From assembly GCA_963771275.1 (NCBI GenBank), contig CAVYSW010000003.1, positions 32,001 to 96,000 of the forward strand: a stretch of DNA of 64,000 nucleotides, written 5' to 3'. Shown here in pieces: positions 60,028-64,000 of the stretch (position 1 is its first letter; each line of letters starts with the position of its first letter). A program made the translations under genes and the position numbers. The DNA comes from an uncultured Gemmatimonadales bacterium. Lineage in GTDB: Bacteria > Gemmatimonadota > Gemmatimonadetes > Gemmatimonadales > GWC2-71-9. The notes below the pieces were generated by a model, which made no database searches, was not told the origin of the DNA, and was given only the letters and a program-made list of their open reading frames with translations.

Positions 60028-60804
60028 CTAGATGCCGAGCGCGTCCGGCAGATCGGCCACCGAGTCCAGCACGAGATCGGGCGGTACCGCGATGCGGGTC
60101 TCGTCACCGGCGCGGTACTTCCCGGTCCGCACCAGCGCCGCCGCGCAGCCCGCCTCCCGCGCTCCCGCCACGTCGCTCGCGGCGTCGTCGCCCACCATCA
60201 GCACCCCCGCCGGCGTGAGGTCGAGCGAGCGCGCGGCCGCGACGAAGAACGTCGGGCTCGGCTTGCCGGTGAGCGTCGCGGTGACGCCGGTCGCGAACTC
60301 GAGCGCCGCCACGAACGCGCCCGCGTCGAGCGTGAGCCCGTCGGCCGTCAGCCAGTAGCGACCCTTCTGCACCGCGACGAGCCGCGCGCCCTCGAGCACC
60401 CAGCGGAACGCCCGATTGAGCCGGTCGAACGTCCAGCCGGCGCCAAGGTCTCCCACGACCACGGCCTCCGGCCGCTCGTCCACAATCGTGAACGCCGTGA
60501 AGTCCTCGTGCGTGACGTCGGGGAGACAGAGGGCCACGCGACGCACGCCCTCGGCCTCGAGCCACGCAGCCGCGGCCGCGGGCGCGGAGATCACCTCATC
60601 GACGGACGCCGCGATCCCGGCCGCCCCGAGCTGCTCCACCAGCGCGCGGCGCGGCATGCGCGTGATGTTGGTGCAGAACCGGACGCGGAGCTCGGCGCCC
60701 CGCAGCCGCGCCACCGCGTCGGCGGCGCCGGCGATCGGTCGGTCGTCTTCCCAGAGCGTGCCATCGAGATCGAGCAGCACGCCACGTGGCCGAATCAAGC
60801 TCAC
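60028..60804 (-). CDS. HAD-IIA hydrolase, LHPP/TIGR01458-like
   Basis: LLDLDGTL, RVRFCTN, GKPSP.FF, MVGDD..SDV.GA, VRTGKYR.GDE. Confidence 0.92.
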   Translation of the reverse strand: MSLIRPRGVLLDLDGTLWEDDRPIAGAADAVARLRGAELRVRFCTNITRMPRRALVEQLGAAGIAASVDEVISAPAAAAAWLEAEGVRRVALCLPDVTHEDFTAFTIVDERPEAVVVGDLGAGWTFDRLNRAFRWVLEGARLVAVQKGRYWLTADGLTLDAGAFVAALEFATGVTATLTGKPSPTFFVAAARSLDLTPAGVLMVGDDAASDVAGAREAGCAAALVRTGKYRAGDETRIAVPPDLVLDSVADLPDALGI

Positions 60805-61398
60805 GCCGGTACCACCTTCGCTTCGAGCGCGTCGAGCGCGTCGATGCAGTCGTTCCCGAAGTAGTAGCGCAGCTCGTCCCGCACGCCGCGATACAGCGTC
60901 GGGCCCTGCCCCGCGCACACCAGCTCGCCGTCGAGGATCTCGTCCGCGGGGCCGAGCAGGCCGTCGCCGAAGGTGAGCGGGAAGAGGCAGTCGACCATCG
61001 ACTTGACCTCGTGATAGTCCATGCCGCGCTCCAGCGCGAACGCGTGCAGCAGGCAGCCGCGGCCGTCACGTCGGAGAAAGACGCAGTGGCCATCCTCGAC
61101 CCGCGTGCGCCGCACGCCGCCGCCCGGCATCTCGGAATCCGCTCGATCTCGGGCTCGAACCACCGCGCGCGCGGGATGCCCACATAGCGCTCCAGCGCGT
61201 CCGCGTGGCGCTGGATCGCGTGCGAACCGCGTCGAGCTCGACGTCCACCCCGAACTGGCAGCACCAGTCGTGGCAGAAGCCGCACTGCAGGCAGTGCGTG
61301 AAATAGCGCAGCGTGAAGATCCGCCGGTCCACGCGCGCGATGCTGGGGACGCCGTCGCGGGACGGGAAGGCGCGGGGAAGGCGGAGGGCGCGAGGCAT
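60801..61398 (-). pseudogene. Cys-cluster (DUF3109/YkgJ-like) protein interrupted by two frameshifts
   Basis: Segments in three frames: CLQCGFCHDWCCQFGV / HAIQRHADALERY..WFEPEIE / DSEMPGG..HCVFL..GCLLHAFA..KSMVDCLFPL. Breaks near 61222 and 61141. Confidence 0.75.
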
Positions 61399-61402
61399 GG
61401 CG

Positions 61403-61439
61403 AAGAAAAGTGAGAAGTGAAGAGGGAAAAGGGAATGGG
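61403..61439. repeat. Purine-rich period-7 repeat tract
   Basis: aagaaaa gtgagaa gtgaaga gggaaaa gggaatg in a divergent intergenic region. Confidence 0.7.
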
Positions 61440-61520
61440 TCGGTTCGCCTTGCCGGTAACGGCGGGGTACAATTCGGTCGACCGAACCGATCCTCCCAGT
61501 CGGGCGCCGGAGCCCATGTC

Positions 61521-62714
61521 ATGATGCTCGCGCTCCTTCTCGTTGCTCACGGCCTGTCCGGACAAGGACAGCAGGACTCCCTCACGCTCGACTTTGCGCT
61601 CGCGCTGGCGCGGGCGCACCGCGGACAGGTGGCGGTGGCCGCGGCGGTGGTGGCCGCCGCCCGCGCCGATCGGCGAGCGATGCTGACGCTCCCCAACCCG
61701 ATCGCCACATACACCTACACCGGTGATGCACCGCGCCAACACGCCACGGTCGATCAGCCGCTGGACTGGCTGCTGCGGCGCGGCAGCGACGGGGCCGCGG
61801 GACGCGCCGGGGTCGGCATGGCACTCGCGGACTCCACGCGGCTGCTGGCGGAGGTAGCGCGCGAGGCCCGGAGCGCGTTCTACGCGGCCCTCGGCACCTC
61901 ACGCCGGCTGGCGCTCGCCGAGGACGAGGCGGCGCTCGCCGACTCGCTGGCGGGCATCGCGGCGCGGCGGCGGGCGGCGGGCGAGATCTCCGAGCTGGAG
62001 CAGGCGCAGGCGGCCCTCGAGGCCGCGCGCGCGCGGCAGCTCGTCTCCGCGAGCCGCGAGGACCACCTGCTCGCGGTCGCCGAGCTGGGCCGGGCGCTCG
62101 GCGTGCCGCCCGAAACGCTGGCCGCGCCCGGAGGTGCGCTCGACGGGGAGTTGTCCGCGCCGGCCCCCACGGCACCGCTGGTGGACGCGCTCCCCATGGT
62201 GATGGCGGCGCGCGCCGACTCGACGAGGGCGCGTGCCCTATACCATGCCGCCCAGTGGAGCCGCATGCCGTTCCCGTCGGTGCAGGCCGGGGTCGAGTGG
62301 AACGACCCCGCCAATCCGACCGCGGGCTCCACCATCCTGCTCGGCCTGTCGCTGCCGCTCCCGCTGTGGCAGAGCGGCGGCGCGCCGGCCGCCGCCGCGC
62401 GGGCGCGCGCCGACCAGGCGGCGGCACAGCTCCGCGAGGTGCGGGCCGATGCCGCGCGGCTCCTCGCACAGGCGGCCACGCGCGTGCGGGAGACGGCGCG
62501 ACGCGCCCTCGTGGCGCGCGATTCCATTCTCCCGCTCGCCACGCGGCAGCGGGAGCTCGCGCTCGTCGCGTACACGGCCGGCGAGACCGGGATCGTGCCC
62601 GTGCTCGACGCGCTCCGGGCGGAGCGCGAGGTGGTGCGCGACCTCGTAAACGACCTCGTGGCCTACCAGAGTGCCCGCGCGGATTGGCTGGCGCTGATCG
62701 GCACGAGCGAATGA
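61521..62714 (+). CDS. TolC/CzcC-family outer-membrane factor
   Basis: Signal peptide; LTLD.AL.LA, LPNP, GEIS.LE, LSLPLPLW, AY.AGE..I..VLDA.R. Confidence 0.88.
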   Translation: MMLALLLVAHGLSGQGQQDSLTLDFALALARAHRGQVAVAAAVVAAARADRRAMLTLPNPIATYTYTGDAPRQHATVDQPLDWLLRRGSDGAAGRAGVGMALADSTRLLAEVAREARSAFYAALGTSRRLALAEDEAALADSLAGIAARRRAAGEISELEQAQAALEAARARQLVSASREDHLLAVAELGRALGVPPETLAAPGGALDGELSAPAPTAPLVDALPMVMAARADSTRARALYHAAQWSRMPFPSVQAGVEWNDPANPTAGSTILLGLSLPLPLWQSGGAPAAAARARADQAAAQLREVRADAARLLAQAATRVRETARRALVARDSILPLATRQRELALVAYTAGETGIVPVLDALRAEREVVRDLVNDLVAYQSARADWLALIGTSE

Positions 62715-62749
62715 TCGGACACTCGACTACGGGAAAGTGGAGTTGAGCG

Positions 62750-63817
62750 ATGGATAGACGTCGTGCAGCGGCAAGTCTCGCCACCGGAGCGGTGGTCGTG
62801 GCGGTCCTGATCGTCGTCGCCGTGCGAGGGACCGGGTCCGGAGACGAAGCGATCGTCACCGACGTCGCCGTGCACGTCGGCGCCGTGGGCCGGGCCACGC
62901 TGCACCGCTACGTGACCGCGTACGGATACGTCGAGCCCGAGCCGGCCGGCGCCGGGAGAGCGCCGGGCGGGGCGTTGCTCTCGCCCATCGTCGGCGGCGT
63001 GCTGGCCGAGATCGACTGCGTGGAAGGCCAGCGCGTCACCGCGGGGGCCGTGCTGTTCCGGCTCGACAGCCGCATGGCGGAGGTGGCGGTCGCGAAGGCC
63101 CGCCAGCAGGCCGACTTCGCCGAGAAGGCCTTCAAGCGGCAGCAGGAGCTGCTGCCGTCCAACGGGACGTCCCAGCGCGCCTACCAGGAGGCGCAGCAGC
63201 AGCTCGACGCGGCGCGGAGCGATCTCGCGGCGGCGGAGACCGGCCTGGCGTATCTCCGGATCACGGCGCCGCTCAGCGGAACGGTCGTGCGCCTCAGCGC
63301 GACGGTCGGCCAATTCGTCGACGCGAGCACGGTCCTGGCGGAGGTCGTGGACCTCGGTCGCCTGGTCGTCACGGCCAACGTGCCGAGCCGCGAGGCCGCC
63401 GGGCTCGAGCCCGGGCTGCCGGTGTTCCTCGGCGCGGACAGCACCGCCCCGCGCGGAACCCTGCGGATCGTCGGCAAGGACATCGACCCCCGCACCGGAA
63501 CGTATCGGGTCCAGGCCTCGGTGCCGGCGGGCGCGCGGTTCACCCCCGGCCAGTTCACCGACATCCGGATCGTCGCCGAAGCGCATCGCGACGTGCTCGT
63601 GGTGCCCGAGGTCAGCCTGGTCACCCGGGCCGGCGAGGGCAGCTGGATCATGGTCGTCCAGGGGGACAGCGCGGTGCGCCGGCCCGTGACCGTGGGTCTC
63701 CGCGATGGCGGGCTCATCGAGGTCGCGGGAGAGGGTGTGGGTGAGGGTGCGGTGATCGTCACCGACGACGCGTACAGCCTGCCCGCGGTGACCAAGATCC
63801 GGATCGTGGGGCGCTGA
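62750..63817 (+). CDS. RND efflux periplasmic adaptor subunit
   Basis: N-terminal TM, lipoyl halves (EGQRV..G..LF.L, ITAPLSGTV), IDPRTGT, PGQF, VTVGL. Confidence 0.92.
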   Translation: MDRRRAAASLATGAVVVAVLIVVAVRGTGSGDEAIVTDVAVHVGAVGRATLHRYVTAYGYVEPEPAGAGRAPGGALLSPIVGGVLAEIDCVEGQRVTAGAVLFRLDSRMAEVAVAKARQQADFAEKAFKRQQELLPSNGTSQRAYQEAQQQLDAARSDLAAAETGLAYLRITAPLSGTVVRLSATVGQFVDASTVLAEVVDLGRLVVTANVPSREAAGLEPGLPVFLGADSTAPRGTLRIVGKDIDPRTGTYRVQASVPAGARFTPGQFTDIRIVAEAHRDVLVVPEVSLVTRAGEGSWIMVVQGDSAVRRPVTVGLRDGGLIEVAGEGVGEGAVIVTDDAYSLPAVTKIRIVGR

Positions 63818-64000
63818 ATGCTCGGGCGCTTCGCGACGCGGTCGTCGCTCTCCATCGTCTTCATCTCGATCGCGCTGTGCCTGGCCGGCGTCTACGCGGC
63901 CCTGACACTCGCCTCCTCGGTGTTCCCGCAGACCGATTTCCCGCGGGTCGTGATCCTCGTGGACAACGGCGTGATGCCGGGCGACGAGATGATGGCCACG
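63818..64000 (+). CDS. RND efflux permease (CusA/AcrB family), N-terminus truncated by window end
   Basis: ATG directly after the adaptor stop; TM1 then SVFPQTDFPRVVILV. Confidence 0.85.
   Translation, partial: MLGRFATRSSLSIVFISIALCLAGVYAALTLASSVFPQTDFPRVVILVDNGVMPGDEMMAT

Overview
Very GC-rich bacterial chromosomal segment, most likely Gemmatimonadota (inferred from gene content and an FCB-type RpoD lacking region 1.1). It holds about 60 protein genes. I found no rRNA, tRNA, CRISPR array, transposase or prophage. Housekeeping blocks are rpmE-prfA-prmC-ylbF-like-tmk-S41 protease-panG-like, rpoD-type sigma then rimO-spoIID-OMP-Gfo/Idh/MocA-lnt-hydantoinase A/B, and larE-thpR-hypothetical-NtrX-like; comM and dut are also present. 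Accessory genes include peptidases, transporters, an RND efflux operon and a Crp/MBL-hydrolase/CsgG-like/GAF-HD-GYP cyclic-nucleotide cluster. The best candidate for an undescribed system is at 44979-50990. A sensor kinase and sigma54 activator are followed by three sigma54 promoter modules (GGACA-N3-TGWCC boxes, a CAA-N4-TTG IHF-like site and a -24/-12 element, with near-identical spacing). They drive two paralogous secreted proteins consisting only of a peptidoglycan-binding domain, and a DegP/HtrA protease, which suggests a ZraPSR/Cpx-like cell-wall stress regulon. Other signals: a recurrent YTTG-N21-TAnnTT promoter, several probable leaderless genes, an ECF41-type promoter before a Gln-rich protein/beta-barrel pair, a family of period-7 intergenic repeats, and four genes broken by indels or deletions (decay or sequencing error). 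All calls come from motif recognition; no database search was run.
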